From assembly GCA_041489255.1 (NCBI GenBank), contig JBGPQV010000001.1, positions 128,001 through 192,000 on the forward strand: DNA of 64,000 nt. The letters are read 5' to 3'. The position numbers were made by a program, and so were the translations under genes. This document shows, in pieces, positions 34,768 through 45,009 of the stretch (the stretch's first letter is position 1; every line of letters starts with the position of its first letter). Under the pieces are notes generated by a model. The model did no database searches. It worked only from the letters and a program-made list of their open reading frames with translations, and was not told where the DNA came from. This DNA is from Thermoplasmata archaeon. GTDB lineage: Archaea; Thermoplasmatota; Thermoplasmata; RBG-16-68-12; JAFNFQ01.

Positions 34768-37044
34768 ATGGTTGATCCAGAGAAGGCGGAAATAAGCACT
34801 CTCAGAACATTGACCAGAACGATCAAGAAGTCCTGGGCATTGTTCAAGCGCAGCAAGCTCGGCCTCGCAGGAACCGCCGTAATCGCAATCTTCGTGTTCC
34901 TTGCGGTTTTCGCTCAATGGATTTCGCCTTTCACCCCCGAATTCCTTGCCCCCGACTCAGACGTCTTCAAAGAGGTCTCATACACCAAGACGTACAACGC
35001 GAGCGCGCATCTCTACGATCCGGTGATCGGCCCTTCGGCGCCCAAAGATCCCCTCAAACAAGGGGGAAGACTTTGGATCATCATGACACGAGAAGATGGG
35101 CGGGTCTTCATGGATCCCGTCATGAGGAATGCGACTCCATTCAGTGATCCGGGAGCCATGCTTGAGTTCAACATAACGGACTTCGGGCTAAGGACCCCTG
35201 TCACCAACATGCTGTACATTGTGCCCGGCCGCAACAGGCTCGGTCAGACTGAGTTCTATGACGACCTGAGGAAGAATGGCCTGCTCGCATTCGTCGCGAA
35301 CCAAGAGCTCATCCTATTCGACCCGTTCCAGAGCCGAATCCTGTACAGGGATGACGTCGGGTTCCAGCCCAAGTGGTTCGTCGAGGATCCGGTGTCTTCC
35401 GGGGACATGTACGAGTTCCCCCTGCTACTCTATGACGTATTCAGCGGATTCCATACCTGGCGATTCATCGTCGCCGCGAACGATACTCACGTGACCGTCT
35501 ACCGCGTGAACTACAGATCGAGCCAAGACTCGCCTCAGCTGAGTGGCGTGGACAAAATAGTCTCCGTCGACTTGCCGGTTACGGCCATGCCCCTCGCGTA
35601 TTACCTGCAATTGAATGACCAGCGCTCCGGCATCCTTGTTCCAACCGCCAACAACAAGCTTGCCGTTTTCTCCATAGATGGCACGGTTCGCGTTGACTTG
35701 AATCTGACCCTCGGCGGAGAGCCGTCGAATGTCACCGCTCCAATCGGCTACATCAGGGCTCCGGAAATCTTCATGCTTTATGTGCCGCTTAAGTCCGCCA
35801 ATAACGCAGGGATAGGTTACCTCTTGCCGAGGGACACGAGACTCGGGAATCTAACCTTCGAACATGAGCTCGTGATAGATGACCCCAACGCAACCGTGAC
35901 CGTCCAACCCGACCCCGGCAATGCTGACACGCCGCAATTCGTGCTGACGCATTACAGTGCCGGTAACCCTGTGAGCAGCGATCTTCTGCGCGGGTCGCCG
36001 AACGGCATGCTCGACCCCGTCGTGGACGTTCCCCTTTCGAGACCGGTCATTGGCTTCTTCTTCAGCCCAACGACCTCGCAGGTCATGGCGCTCGACACAG
36101 ACGGCACTGTATGGAGCCATCCGACCGTTTCGTTGAGCGTGCTGCGCCAAGGATTGACGAACTTCCTGCGTAACAGCGACCCGAACAGGAAAACGCTGAT
36201 GTACATGGGCAGCTGGGGTGGTGCCAAGTACAGCATACAGATGTCCAGCGAGGAGACACTGGCGCTGGTGTTTGAGCCAGGCACGGGCAGGACGACGATA
36301 CTCAAGATCATCGGAACATCCATCGCCCCTCTTCCCCCAGGCAAGTATCCCTCGGGCAACACCTATTGGCTTGGAACAGATGATCAGGGTCATGACATCC
36401 TCACACAACTGATCTACGGCTCAAGGGTCGCGCTCGAAGTCGGTATCGTGGCGGCGCTCGCTGCCGTCGTGATCGGCACGATCGTAGGCCTTGTCGCCGG
36501 ATTCTACGGAGGGCTGCTGGATACAATCCTGATGAGGTTGACTGACATAGCCCTGGTCCTCCCGTTCCTCCCCATAGTCCTGATACTTGCGGCAATTCTG
36601 GGTCCAAGCATTCTCAACATAATCATCGTGATAGCGGTTCTGGGTTGGCCCGGCATCGCTCGTGTAATCAGAGCGCAGACTCTGTCCCTGAAGGAGAGAC
36701 CATTCGTCGATGCGGCCCGCATTTCTGGAGCGTCGAGGAGCAGGACCATGATAATCCACATCGGGCCAAACGTTCTGCCGTTCGCCTTCCTGTACATGAC
36801 GCTCAACGTCGGCGGCGCCATCTTGACCGAAGCCGCTGTCAGCTTCCTTGGCCTAGGCGATCCCAGACCGGGCGCTGTTTCATGGGGCATAATGCTCCGC
36901 ACGCTCAGTTCATCGGGGAACACCCTTACCGCATGGTGGTGGCTCCTGCCCCCGGGCCTCTGCATCACGCTCGTGTCGCTCGGATTCTACCTGGTAGGGA
37001 GAGCCATAGATGACATCGTGAACCCAAGACTGAGGGAGAGGTGA
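34768..37044 (+). CDS. Peptide ABC transporter permease (DppC/OppC type) with a ~460-aa extracytoplasmic insertion
   Basis: N-terminal TM, long beta-rich insert, then LGTDDQG.DI..QLIYGSR, FVDAARISGAS and SFLGLG motifs. Confidence 0.9.
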   Translation: MVDPEKAEISTLRTLTRTIKKSWALFKRSKLGLAGTAVIAIFVFLAVFAQWISPFTPEFLAPDSDVFKEVSYTKTYNASAHLYDPVIGPSAPKDPLKQGGRLWIIMTREDGRVFMDPVMRNATPFSDPGAMLEFNITDFGLRTPVTNMLYIVPGRNRLGQTEFYDDLRKNGLLAFVANQELILFDPFQSRILYRDDVGFQPKWFVEDPVSSGDMYEFPLLLYDVFSGFHTWRFIVAANDTHVTVYRVNYRSSQDSPQLSGVDKIVSVDLPVTAMPLAYYLQLNDQRSGILVPTANNKLAVFSIDGTVRVDLNLTLGGEPSNVTAPIGYIRAPEIFMLYVPLKSANNAGIGYLLPRDTRLGNLTFEHELVIDDPNATVTVQPDPGNADTPQFVLTHYSAGNPVSSDLLRGSPNGMLDPVVDVPLSRPVIGFFFSPTTSQVMALDTDGTVWSHPTVSLSVLRQGLTNFLRNSDPNRKTLMYMGSWGGAKYSIQMSSEETLALVFEPGTGRTTILKIIGTSIAPLPPGKYPSGNTYWLGTDDQGHDILTQLIYGSRVALEVGIVAALAAVVIGTIVGLVAGFYGGLLDTILMRLTDIALVLPFLPIVLILAAILGPSILNIIIVIAVLGWPGIARVIRAQTLSLKERPFVDAARISGASRSRTMIIHIGPNVLPFAFLYMTLNVGGAILTEAAVSFLGLGDPRPGAVSWGIMLRTLSSSGNTLTAWWWLLPPGLCITLVSLGFYLVGRAIDDIVNPRLRER

Positions 37045-37047
37045 GCC

Positions 37048-38067
37048 ATGCCGTTGCTCGAAATCCAAGACCTCGTGGTGCACTACAAAATCAAGACAGG
37101 CTGGGTGCATGCGTGCGACGGAGTCTCCCTACATCTGGACAGAGGCGAGACCCTCGGCCTCGTCGGAGAATCCGCCTGCGGCAAGACCACACTGGCGTAC
37201 GGAATCTCGCAACTGCTGCCCTCCAACGCCTACATCAAGGGCGGAAGGATCGTGTTCAACGGCCAGAACCTCCTTCAGCTGTCGATGAGGAAGGACGGGA
37301 GATTGAGAGAATACGAACCTAAGCTCAACAAGATACGCTGGAAAGAAATCTCCATGATTTTCCAGGGCGCGATGAACGCCCTCAACCCGGTCCACCGCGT
37401 CGGTGATCAGATAATCGAGGCGATAGTCTTCCATGAGCGCGTCACAAAGCAAGTCGCGAGGATGAGGGTCGAACAGCTCTACGACTTGGTCGGCGTGCCC
37501 AAGGACCGCATCGACAACTATCCGCACGAGTACAGCGGTGGCATGAAACAGAGGGCGATGATAGCCATGGCCCTCGCATTGAACCCCAAGCTCGTCATCG
37601 CGGACGAACCGACTACCGCCCTCGACGTCATCACTCAAAGCAAGATACTCGGAAGGATCAAGGACTTACAGAGTCAGCTGGATATGGCGATGATAATCAT
37701 TACGCACGACGTTTCCGTCGTTGCGAAAACCGCGAAGAGAATCGCGGTGATGTACGCCGGCCAGTTATCAGAGATCGGCACCACTAGGCAAGTATTCAAG
37801 GAAACGGCGCACCCCTACACTTCCGGTCTCCTTGGTAGCTTCCCGAGCGTGAAGGGCGAGGTGCGCAAGCTCACGACGATCAAAGGGAATCCTCCGAGCC
37901 TCGTGGAGCCGCCGACCGGCTGCCGCTTCCACCCCCGTTGCCCATATATGCAGGACATCTGCAAGACCGTGCAGCCTCCTGCGGTGGACATGGGTGACAA
38001 TCACTTCTCGCAGTGCCACTTCTCCAAGGAACTCGCAGGAACGCTGTCTCCAGAGGTGTTCGGGTGA
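37048..38067 (+). CDS. Peptide ABC transporter ATPase (DppD/OppD type)
   Basis: [33 protein letters not shown] and GCRFHPRC motifs. Confidence 0.93.
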   Translation: MPLLEIQDLVVHYKIKTGWVHACDGVSLHLDRGETLGLVGESACGKTTLAYGISQLLPSNAYIKGGRIVFNGQNLLQLSMRKDGRLREYEPKLNKIRWKEISMIFQGAMNALNPVHRVGDQIIEAIVFHERVTKQVARMRVEQLYDLVGVPKDRIDNYPHEYSGGMKQRAMIAMALALNPKLVIADEPTTALDVITQSKILGRIKDLQSQLDMAMIIITHDVSVVAKTAKRIAVMYAGQLSEIGTTRQVFKETAHPYTSGLLGSFPSVKGEVRKLTTIKGNPPSLVEPPTGCRFHPRCPYMQDICKTVQPPAVDMGDNHFSQCHFSKELAGTLSPEVFG

Positions 38068-39134
38068 TCACTGCGCCAGCCGTCCCGGTCACAGACGCCT
38101 CCAGGATCCTCACTATCCAAGATTTAGTCAAGCATTTCGAGTTGAAACAGTCGTTCTTCGCTATGTCGGGCCCGCCGCTGACGGTGACGGCGGTCGATGG
38201 CGTCTCGTTCAGCATCAGGTCAGGCGAGATACTTGGCCTGGTGGGCGAGTCCGGATGCGGCAAGACGACGGTAGGTCGCCTCATCGCGCGATTGGAGAAC
38301 CCAACCGCGGGCCGGATCGACTTCCTCGGCGTCGACATCGCGACAATCAGAGGCAGCGATCTTGTCGCTTTCAGGAAGTACATTCAGATGATCTTCCAAG
38401 ACCCCTACGAATCGCTGAACCCCAGATTCAGCGTTTTCCGCGCGGTCGTCGAACCCTTGAGAATCCTAGGCATCGGCGACACGAAAGAACAGCGCCTCGA
38501 GCTCGTGATCAAGGCGCTGGAGGATGCAGGCCTGAAGCCTGCCGAGGAATTAATCGGACGTTTTCCCCATGAACTGAGCGGCGGGCAAAGACAACGAGTC
38601 GCCATAGCCCGCGCGCTCGTGGTGGGCCCCAAGTTCATTGTGGCTGACGAACCCGTGAGCATGCTCGACGTCTCGATCCGAGCGGGTGTCATGAACCAGA
38701 TGCTCGAGCTCCGGGACAAGTACGACATACCTTTCCTCTTCATCACTCACGACATATCAGTGGCGAGGTATATGTCAGACACAATCGGCGTCATGTATCT
38801 CGGGAAAATCGTGGAAACGGGGCCGACGGAGCAGATTATCAACCAGCCAACCCACCCGTACACGAGGGCCCTCCTCGCTGCGGTCCCGGTGCCAGATCCG
38901 GAGCACGCGTATCCGCCCGTGCCGATAAGCGGAGAACTGCCGAGCCCGATCAATGTTCCGAAGGGCTGCAGGTTCCACACGAGGTGCGTCTACGCTACTC
39001 AGTTGTGCAGGGAGGTGGACCCCGCGTCCACCGAGGTCAGTCCGGGCCATGCAGCCCTATGCCACTTCGCCTACGACTTCTTCTCCATGGGGCCTTACAC
39101 CCCGCCGGCTCCATTGCCGCCCAAGGAGGGATAG
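38064..39134 (+). CDS. Peptide ABC transporter ATPase (DppF/OppF type)
   Basis: [20 protein letters not shown] and ADEPVSMLD motifs. GTG start overlaps the upstream TGA. Confidence 0.93.
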   Translation: MITAPAVPVTDASRILTIQDLVKHFELKQSFFAMSGPPLTVTAVDGVSFSIRSGEILGLVGESGCGKTTVGRLIARLENPTAGRIDFLGVDIATIRGSDLVAFRKYIQMIFQDPYESLNPRFSVFRAVVEPLRILGIGDTKEQRLELVIKALEDAGLKPAEELIGRFPHELSGGQRQRVAIARALVVGPKFIVADEPVSMLDVSIRAGVMNQMLELRDKYDIPFLFITHDISVARYMSDTIGVMYLGKIVETGPTEQIINQPTHPYTRALLAAVPVPDPEHAYPPVPISGELPSPINVPKGCRFHTRCVYATQLCREVDPASTEVSPGHAALCHFAYDFFSMGPYTPPAPLPPKEG

Positions 39135-39139
39135 GGCCC

Positions 39140-39805
39140 TTGCGGGTCAACCCGAAGAGGTTGAAGATAATCCGCATCACCGCTTGGGCATCGCTTCTCG
39201 CTTTGACATTCTCTTTCGCGGGCCTCTCCCTGCTGAGTGCCGCAAACTACACCGACGTCGCGTTTGCAAAGCTGTCCGTCGAGATTGGCGCGGACCTCGT
39301 CATTGAGGCCTCGGCTCTTGGAACCTCCGGGGAAGTCCTCGACGGAACGGTGTTCTGGTACAATGCCACGATAAACGTGTCGAATCCAAGCCAGAGGACC
39401 GTGAAGCTCCAGTATATCAAATACCAGGGATGGATCGAGGACTACATCACGGAGGACCATTTCGGCGGGACTTTCACGAGCTATTACCCCATGCTCACCG
39501 CGAACCAGAGCTATCCGGCGAACTCCGGGATCATTGCTCCCCAAAGCGCGGAAACATACCAAATGAACTGGACGCTCAGCCATCCGCAGCAGCTGGTCTA
39601 CTTCGAGGGAACGCAGCAAATCTTAAACTACGTGCTCCTGAACTCGAGCCGCCATCTGCGCTGGGACCAGGCATCATGGAACCATTTCTTCGTGTTCCGA
39701 CTCACGGTGACGAATGTGCCAACAGACTACTACGGACCCAATTCTGACTATCTGTCCCAACTCCCGGTGATAACGAAGACGCAGGGGGTCAGCCATGGCA
39801 GCTAG
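39140..39805 (+). CDS. Hypothetical membrane-anchored protein
   Basis: TTG start after GGAGGG, N-terminal TM, beta-rich body. Follows the ABC operon by 5 nt. Confidence 0.7.
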   Translation: MRVNPKRLKIIRITAWASLLALTFSFAGLSLLSAANYTDVAFAKLSVEIGADLVIEASALGTSGEVLDGTVFWYNATINVSNPSQRTVKLQYIKYQGWIEDYITEDHFGGTFTSYYPMLTANQSYPANSGIIAPQSAETYQMNWTLSHPQQLVYFEGTQQILNYVLLNSSRHLRWDQASWNHFFVFRLTVTNVPTDYYGPNSDYLSQLPVITKTQGVSHGS

Positions 39806-39820
39806 GCTGGAGGGGGGGTA

Positions 39821-40303
39821 GTGTTCAAGCTCTCCAGGGCCCTGTTGAAGCGGATCGCGAGGATCATCGTCCTTTCCCTCTGCATCGGGACGGTGGTCGG
39901 CTACCTGTCGTTCTACATGATGATGCCGAGCGTGTCAGTGCCCCAGACAAACAGCCCGTCGCTGGCGGTGGCTGGCCTTTTCCTCCTCGTGGTCGGTGTC
40001 CTTGCAGGGGCTTTATCGGAAGATCTTGAGTCGATGACTATCGAGGCGCTCTCAGGGATAGGGATAGGCGTCGTGCTCGGCTGGCTTCTCTTCATCTCGC
40101 CATCCGCCAACCCGGACATTATGATACCGAATGCCGGGGGATACATCATCAACGTCATCCATGCCGCACTGCCCCTGATAATCCTGGCGGTCTTGACCCT
40201 CTTCATTGGAGGTTTCATCGGAGGAATGATCATGGAAAGCATGCAGGCGAAAGGCGCATCCTCCGTGTTCGATAGAATGAATGCGGGGAAGAAAGCCGAG
40301 TAG
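39821..40303 (+). CDS. Hypothetical integral membrane protein (about 4 TM)
   Basis: Four hydrophobic segments and a strong G-rich SD. Confidence 0.75.
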   Translation: MFKLSRALLKRIARIIVLSLCIGTVVGYLSFYMMMPSVSVPQTNSPSLAVAGLFLLVVGVLAGALSEDLESMTIEALSGIGIGVVLGWLLFISPSANPDIMIPNAGGYIINVIHAALPLIILAVLTLFIGGFIGGMIMESMQAKGASSVFDRMNAGKKAE

Positions 40304-40340
40304 CATAAGCAATAAATGTCGATGCATCTGTGCTCTTTCC

Positions 40341-40862
40341 GTGTTGGTCGCGATAACCGGGACGCCGGGCACCGGAAAGAGTTCAGTTTCCAGGGAGCTA
40401 GCCCGCCGCGGCTTCACCGTCGTCGACGCCGCGCGACTGGCGTTTGAAAAGGGGTTTGCGGTGCGTCCGAAAAGGACAGGAGCTCCCGCCATCGTGGATA
40501 TCGCGAGATTGAGGAAAGTGCAATTGCCCAAGGGCGATCTCGTCTTCATCTCCTCTCACTTCTCGCATCTCCTTAAATCGGATATCGCGATAGTCCTGCG
40601 CTGTTCCCCAAGTATCCTGAAGGCCAGGCTGGAAGGCAGGAAATGGCGGAAGGAGAAAGTGATGGAGAATGTCGAGGCAGAGGCGATCGACCTGATTACC
40701 GTGGAAGCGATCCAGCGCTGCAAGAAGGTCTTCGAGGTCGATACGACCTCCATTGACGCAAAGGAGGCCTCGCGCCAAATCCTTGAAATAGTGAAAGGGT
40801 CGGTGAAGGGCCACGAACCCGGGCATATAGACTGGAGCGAGGAGATCCTTTCATGGTACTAG
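40341..40862 (+). CDS. Archaeal adenylate kinase (AK6/Fap7 family)
   Basis: ITGTPGTGKS, SH.SH, VLRC.P..L..RL..R.W...KV.EN.EAE and IDWS motifs. Confidence 0.88.
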   Translation: MLVAITGTPGTGKSSVSRELARRGFTVVDAARLAFEKGFAVRPKRTGAPAIVDIARLRKVQLPKGDLVFISSHFSHLLKSDIAIVLRCSPSILKARLEGRKWRKEKVMENVEAEAIDLITVEAIQRCKKVFEVDTTSIDAKEASRQILEIVKGSVKGHEPGHIDWSEEILSWY

Positions 40863-41473
40863 ACGCTCATCGGGGCCTGGCGGATCGCTATCTCCTGCCG
40901 ATGGCCAACAGGATGATCGACGTCGATCCGAACATGCTCACGTGGATGGCGTTCGGATTCGCGGTGTTGGCGGGGGTGGCCTTCTATGCCGGCGGTGCTT
41001 TGTTCCTGCTGGCCGCGATGTTCTGCGTGTTTTTCAACGCGCTGTTCGATGCGCTTGACGGCAGGATCGCCAAGCTGACCGGGAAAGCCTCCAGTCGCGG
41101 GGACTTCCTCGACCATGTCCTCGACCGCTATGCTGATATATTCATTCTCGGCGGGATCGCGTTCGGTCCTTATTGCAGCCCCCCCATCGGCATTATGGCG
41201 GTGCTCGGCGTGCTCCTCGCAAGCTATATGGGCACCCAGGCGCAGGCGGTCGGGGTCGGGCGGGACTACGGTGGTCTGCTGGGTCGGGCGGATCGCCTTG
41301 TGATCATCTTCTTCGCGGCCTTCCTCCAGTTGATAGTGATTCTCGGCAACTTCAATCTCGGCAACTCCAATCTGCGGATCATCGAGTGGGCCATGATAGT
41401 ATTCGCAGTGTTTGGGAACCTCACCGCCATCCAGCGGGGAGTCGCAACCTGGAGGAAGCTCTCGCGCACCTAG
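40853..41473 (+). CDS. CDP-alcohol phosphatidyltransferase (archaetidylinositol-phosphate synthase-like)
   Basis: PN.LT and DALDG.IA......S.RGDFLDHVLDRYAD signature. Confidence 0.92.
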   Translation: MVLDAHRGLADRYLLPMANRMIDVDPNMLTWMAFGFAVLAGVAFYAGGALFLLAAMFCVFFNALFDALDGRIAKLTGKASSRGDFLDHVLDRYADIFILGGIAFGPYCSPPIGIMAVLGVLLASYMGTQAQAVGVGRDYGGLLGRADRLVIIFFAAFLQLIVILGNFNLGNSNLRIIEWAMIVFAVFGNLTAIQRGVATWRKLSRT

Positions 41474-41483
41474 GGAAGCACGA

Positions 41484-42539
41484 CTACTTCGCAGCCTTCC
41501 TTGGCGGGGAACCGGTGCCTTTCTGGCCTTCCATCCTAGCCTTGAGCCTGTAGTAGCTCAGTGGATGTCTGATTCTGAGGCATGTCTCGTCGGGGCCGGG
41601 GCACAGGCCATACGACTTCATCGTCGCGCATTCAGGCGGGGTGTACTCGGTGGAGCTGATCTTCCCGGTTATATGCTCGATCTGGTAGCCAGTCTTACGC
41701 TCGTCGAAGTCTGGGACCGTCGCGAACACGTTGAAGATCTCCTCGTTGGACATCCCCAAGTTGTGGAGGAAGGACACTATCGCGAACCGCCCGGTGTGGG
41801 GAACATTCTCACCGGCCTGCACCATTGCGAGCAGCTGGTACATGCATGGCGGGAATCTGGTGATTCTAACCTTGCCGAGGTCCTCCGCCTTGAATCTGGC
41901 CTTCTTCTCTGCAACAATCCCCCGTATCTCTTCCAACTGACCCTGGAAGCCTCTGAGGATTAGATCGTTCACGACCATCTCTTCGAGCTCCTTCTCGATC
42001 TTCTTTTGGATGGCATTCTGGAGGACGCGTATCGCCTTCTGCTTGGTGAGGATGACGTAGCCGCCATCGACAATCTGGTTGATCAGCTTCCATGTCTTGC
42101 TCCTCATCTGGTTCGTGTACCGCAGGAAATCGCTGAAGTGGATCCTTGCCGAGCCGTTCTCCCGACTAAGGTCGACCTCCAATTCCTTCGCGACCGCCTC
42201 GATGAAAACGATCTCCTCGACCTGTAGCCGGCTGTTCGCCGCCACCGCCTCCGAGAGAGCGTAGCGGCGGGTGAGGTAAGGATCCTGGACTGAAGCGACC
42301 AGCATCCGGGCGACCGGATAGGACAGGAGCTCCAGCAGAGCCTCGTACTCGCTGGCGAAAGGCGCCTCCGGCACCTCGCCCTTTTCCAGGGCGGCGAGCA
42401 CCCTCCTCTTGCCCATGAGCCTCGCTCGTTCCAGCGCGATGTCGCCGACCAGATCCTCCAGGCTGATATCCTTGCTTCTGATTAGCTGGCCGCTCTCCCT
42501 GAAGAAAGGATATCGAGCGAGTGTCCTGACATCCATCAC
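41484..42539 (-). CDS. priL: DNA primase large subunit
   Basis: ARYPF, LLSYP.AR, FPPCM, H.GRF...SFL and Y.PP.C..M...GLC......C..I.HPL.YY Fe-S motifs. Confidence 0.94.
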   Translation of the reverse strand: MMDVRTLARYPFFRESGQLIRSKDISLEDLVGDIALERARLMGKRRVLAALEKGEVPEAPFASEYEALLELLSYPVARMLVASVQDPYLTRRYALSEAVAANSRLQVEEIVFIEAVAKELEVDLSRENGSARIHFSDFLRYTNQMRSKTWKLINQIVDGGYVILTKQKAIRVLQNAIQKKIEKELEEMVVNDLILRGFQGQLEEIRGIVAEKKARFKAEDLGKVRITRFPPCMYQLLAMVQAGENVPHTGRFAIVSFLHNLGMSNEEIFNVFATVPDFDERKTGYQIEHITGKISSTEYTPPECATMKSYGLCPGPDETCLRIRHPLSYYRLKARMEGQKGTGSPPRKAAK

Positions 42540-42597
42540 TCTTTGAGAAGACGGCGGAGCTAAAAAGGCTGGTGCGGGGATGAACGAATGTGCTTCG

Positions 42598-43152
42598 CTA
42601 CTTCATTTCTGGCCGATCGTACTTCGGGTGCTCCTCCGTCAAGCCCGTGGACTTCTTGACGTTCAATGCCAACACATATAGGAGCGTGGAAACGCGGTTG
42701 AGGTACTCCAGGACGTGTTTGCTTAATTCCTGGTGTCGGGAGAGTGCGACCGCCGCCCTCTCTGCCCGGCGGGCAATGGCCCTGGCGAGCTGAAGGCATG
42801 CGACCTGCATCGACCCGCCAGGCAGGACGAACTCGCTCGCCGCTCCCGGACTCAACTTCTCGATATCTCGCTCGAGAGCTTTGACATGCCCCTCTGTCAC
42901 CTTCGGCAGCTTCAGCTCTTTGCCAGGCGCGACGGAAAGATCGGCCCCGACCGTGAACAAATCGTTCTGCACCCGATGAAGGGCTGCGGTGATGTCTCTA
43001 TCCTCTATCACCGCCATCGCGAGTCCGATTGCGGCGTTGAGTTCATCGACTTCGCCGAGAGCCGCGATCCTCAGATCGTCTTTGGGGACCCGCATCCCGC
43101 CCATGAGATCGGTCTCCCCCATGTCTCCTCGGCGCGTATATATCTTGGCCAT
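42598..43152 (-). CDS. pduO: PduO-type cob(I)alamin adenosyltransferase
   Basis: KIYTR.GD.G.T, GEVDELNA.IG, FVLPGG, RRAER and YLNR.S motifs. Confidence 0.93.
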   Translation of the reverse strand: MAKIYTRRGDMGETDLMGGMRVPKDDLRIAALGEVDELNAAIGLAMAVIEDRDITAALHRVQNDLFTVGADLSVAPGKELKLPKVTEGHVKALERDIEKLSPGAASEFVLPGGSMQVACLQLARAIARRAERAAVALSRHQELSKHVLEYLNRVSTLLYVLALNVKKSTGLTEEHPKYDRPEMK

Positions 43153-43194
43153 AGGTCCGGCGGGTTCATCGTCTACGGATTCATTAGGGTTTCT

Positions 43195-43950
43195 CTACCT
43201 CATGCGCTTGAAAGCCAAAGTCCCCACCACGATCATCACGACCGCAAATCCTATGATGACCGCGAAATCGAGTGGAAGCGGAATTGCCGAAGCCGTTCCG
43301 AGCTGGATCGACCGCAGCGCGTCGACCGCATAGGTCAGCGGGTCGAAGTAAGATACCGTCGTCAGCCAGGCCGGCACTTTGTCGCCACTGAGCGGATAAA
43401 GGGCGCCGGACAGGAAGAAAAGCGGGAAGACGAGGAAGCTGATTATCACCTGGAACCCCTCCAAGCTCTCAAAGAAAGAGCCGATTGTCAGACCGACCGA
43501 AACCATCCCAATGGCCACCAGCAAGGCTATGCCCAGTGCTGCAACGACCGTTACCGCGGACATTGGCGCGAAGAAGACGCCGATGACCAAGAAAACGCAA
43601 ACCTGCAGGATGACATCGGTGCAGCCGCCGAGAACCTTGCCGAAGAAGATGGCCGTCCTCGGCACGGGCGAGACCAGCACCTCCTTGAGCACGTCTATCT
43701 TCCTGTCCCAGACTATGTAGAGGCCGAAGAAGACCGAGGAGAACAAGGCGAGCATCATCACGATTCCGGGGAACATGAACGCCTGATAGCTGAAGCCCTC
43801 AGGACTGAACGAGCCGCCAAGACCGCCCCCGACGATGACCATCCACATGAGCGGCGTGACTATGCTCGATATCACTCTGGATTTCTCTCTCTGGAAGACT
43901 TTGAACTCCCTCAGCCAGATCCCGTAGATGCCCCCGAGAACCCCTGGCAT
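43195..43950 (-). CDS. ABC-2 type exporter permease
   Basis: Six-TM pattern, LKEVLVSPVPR, FFLSGALYP and PLTYAVD motifs. Confidence 0.92.
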   Translation of the reverse strand: MPGVLGGIYGIWLREFKVFQREKSRVISSIVTPLMWMVIVGGGLGGSFSPEGFSYQAFMFPGIVMMLALFSSVFFGLYIVWDRKIDVLKEVLVSPVPRTAIFFGKVLGGCTDVILQVCVFLVIGVFFAPMSAVTVVAALGIALLVAIGMVSVGLTIGSFFESLEGFQVIISFLVFPLFFLSGALYPLSGDKVPAWLTTVSYFDPLTYAVDALRSIQLGTASAIPLPLDFAVIIGFAVVMIVVGTLAFKRMR

Positions 43951-43951
43951 C

Positions 43952-44923
43952 TTATCTCCCCCCTGCTTGATGCCGCCAGGCGGCCTCCGCCCAACCTTCG
44001 TCGGTATCCTCCTCTCTGATTGCCCGCCCCGTGTATTTCAGAAATACGTCGTTGAGCGTCGGCGTTCTGACCTCCACGGCTTCCACATTCTTGAACAGCG
44101 AGAGTATCTCCTTCAGATGCACTGCCGCGTTTTCGACAGTCAGGCCGACCTGCCCGTCCTTCACCTCGACATTCTTGACATAGGAGAGTCCTTCCAGCAC
44201 CTTGAGGTCTGGATCCTTGATTTTCAGGCACACTAGATCCCCGCCAAGGCGGCGCTCAAGGTTGTCCGGTGTGTCGAGGGCGATGACCTTTCCGTGATCG
44301 ATTATGCCGATGCGGTCGCAGACGTTGTCGGCTTCATCCATATAATGGGTCGTGAGGACTATCGTGGTCTGCTCCTGCTGCGCCATCGCCTTGATGTACC
44401 GCCACGTTAGCTCCCTCGTCTGAGGGTCGAGCCCCAGGGTCGGCTCGTCGAGGAACAGCACGGCGGGGCGATGGAGCAGACCCCTCGCCAGCTCGAGCCG
44501 CCTCCTCATCCCTCCGGAATAGTGCTTGACAATGTTGTCCGCCCTGTCCTCAAGATCCATGAGGGCTAGGAGTTCGGCAATCCGCTTCTTCCAGACCACT
44601 TTGGGGACGTTGTAGAGGCGCGCGTGCAGCTCGAGGTTCTCGCGGCCCGTCAGAATCGTGTCCAGGCTCGGGTCCTGGAAGACTATCCCCACAGATTGCC
44701 TGACCTTCGCGGGCTGAGCGCGTATGTCGAAACCGTTGACCTTGGCAGTACCCGAGGTTGGCGGGAGCAGGGTGACGAGCATGTTTATCGTCGTGGTCTT
44801 GCCAGCGCCGTTCGGTCCAAGCAGCCCGAAAATCTCTCCTCGCTCCACGTTGAAGCTCACGGAATCGACTGCCGTCAGGTCTCCGAACTTCCTGCTCAAT
44901 CTGTCGGTCTCAATCATTGCCAT
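43952..44923 (-). CDS. ABC exporter ATPase (DrrA-like)
   Basis: GPNGAGKTT, YSGGMRRR, LDEPT and PTLNDVFL motifs. Confidence 0.93.
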   Translation of the reverse strand: MAMIETDRLSRKFGDLTAVDSVSFNVERGEIFGLLGPNGAGKTTTINMLVTLLPPTSGTAKVNGFDIRAQPAKVRQSVGIVFQDPSLDTILTGRENLELHARLYNVPKVVWKKRIAELLALMDLEDRADNIVKHYSGGMRRRLELARGLLHRPAVLFLDEPTLGLDPQTRELTWRYIKAMAQQEQTTIVLTTHYMDEADNVCDRIGIIDHGKVIALDTPDNLERRLGGDLVCLKIKDPDLKVLEGLSYVKNVEVKDGQVGLTVENAAVHLKEILSLFKNVEAVEVRTPTLNDVFLKYTGRAIREEDTDEGWAEAAWRHQAGGR

Positions 44924-45009
44924 GGTTCGGCCTCTTGACTGGTCACGTGAGTCGGGAGACTCAGCGGGACGTGCCTATCCTTTCCAGCAGACCTGCGTAG
45001 GTCTAAAGG

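Noticed and set aside
37165-37190. Walker A variant GESACGKT in the DppD-type ATPase as a sign of inactivation
   Set aside because: It still fits GxxxxGKT, and the other ABC motifs are intact.
42733-44019. 428-aa plus-strand ORF (likewise 784-1548 antisense and 59723-60718 off-frame)
   Set aside because: Shadow frames of well-supported genes in GC-rich DNA.
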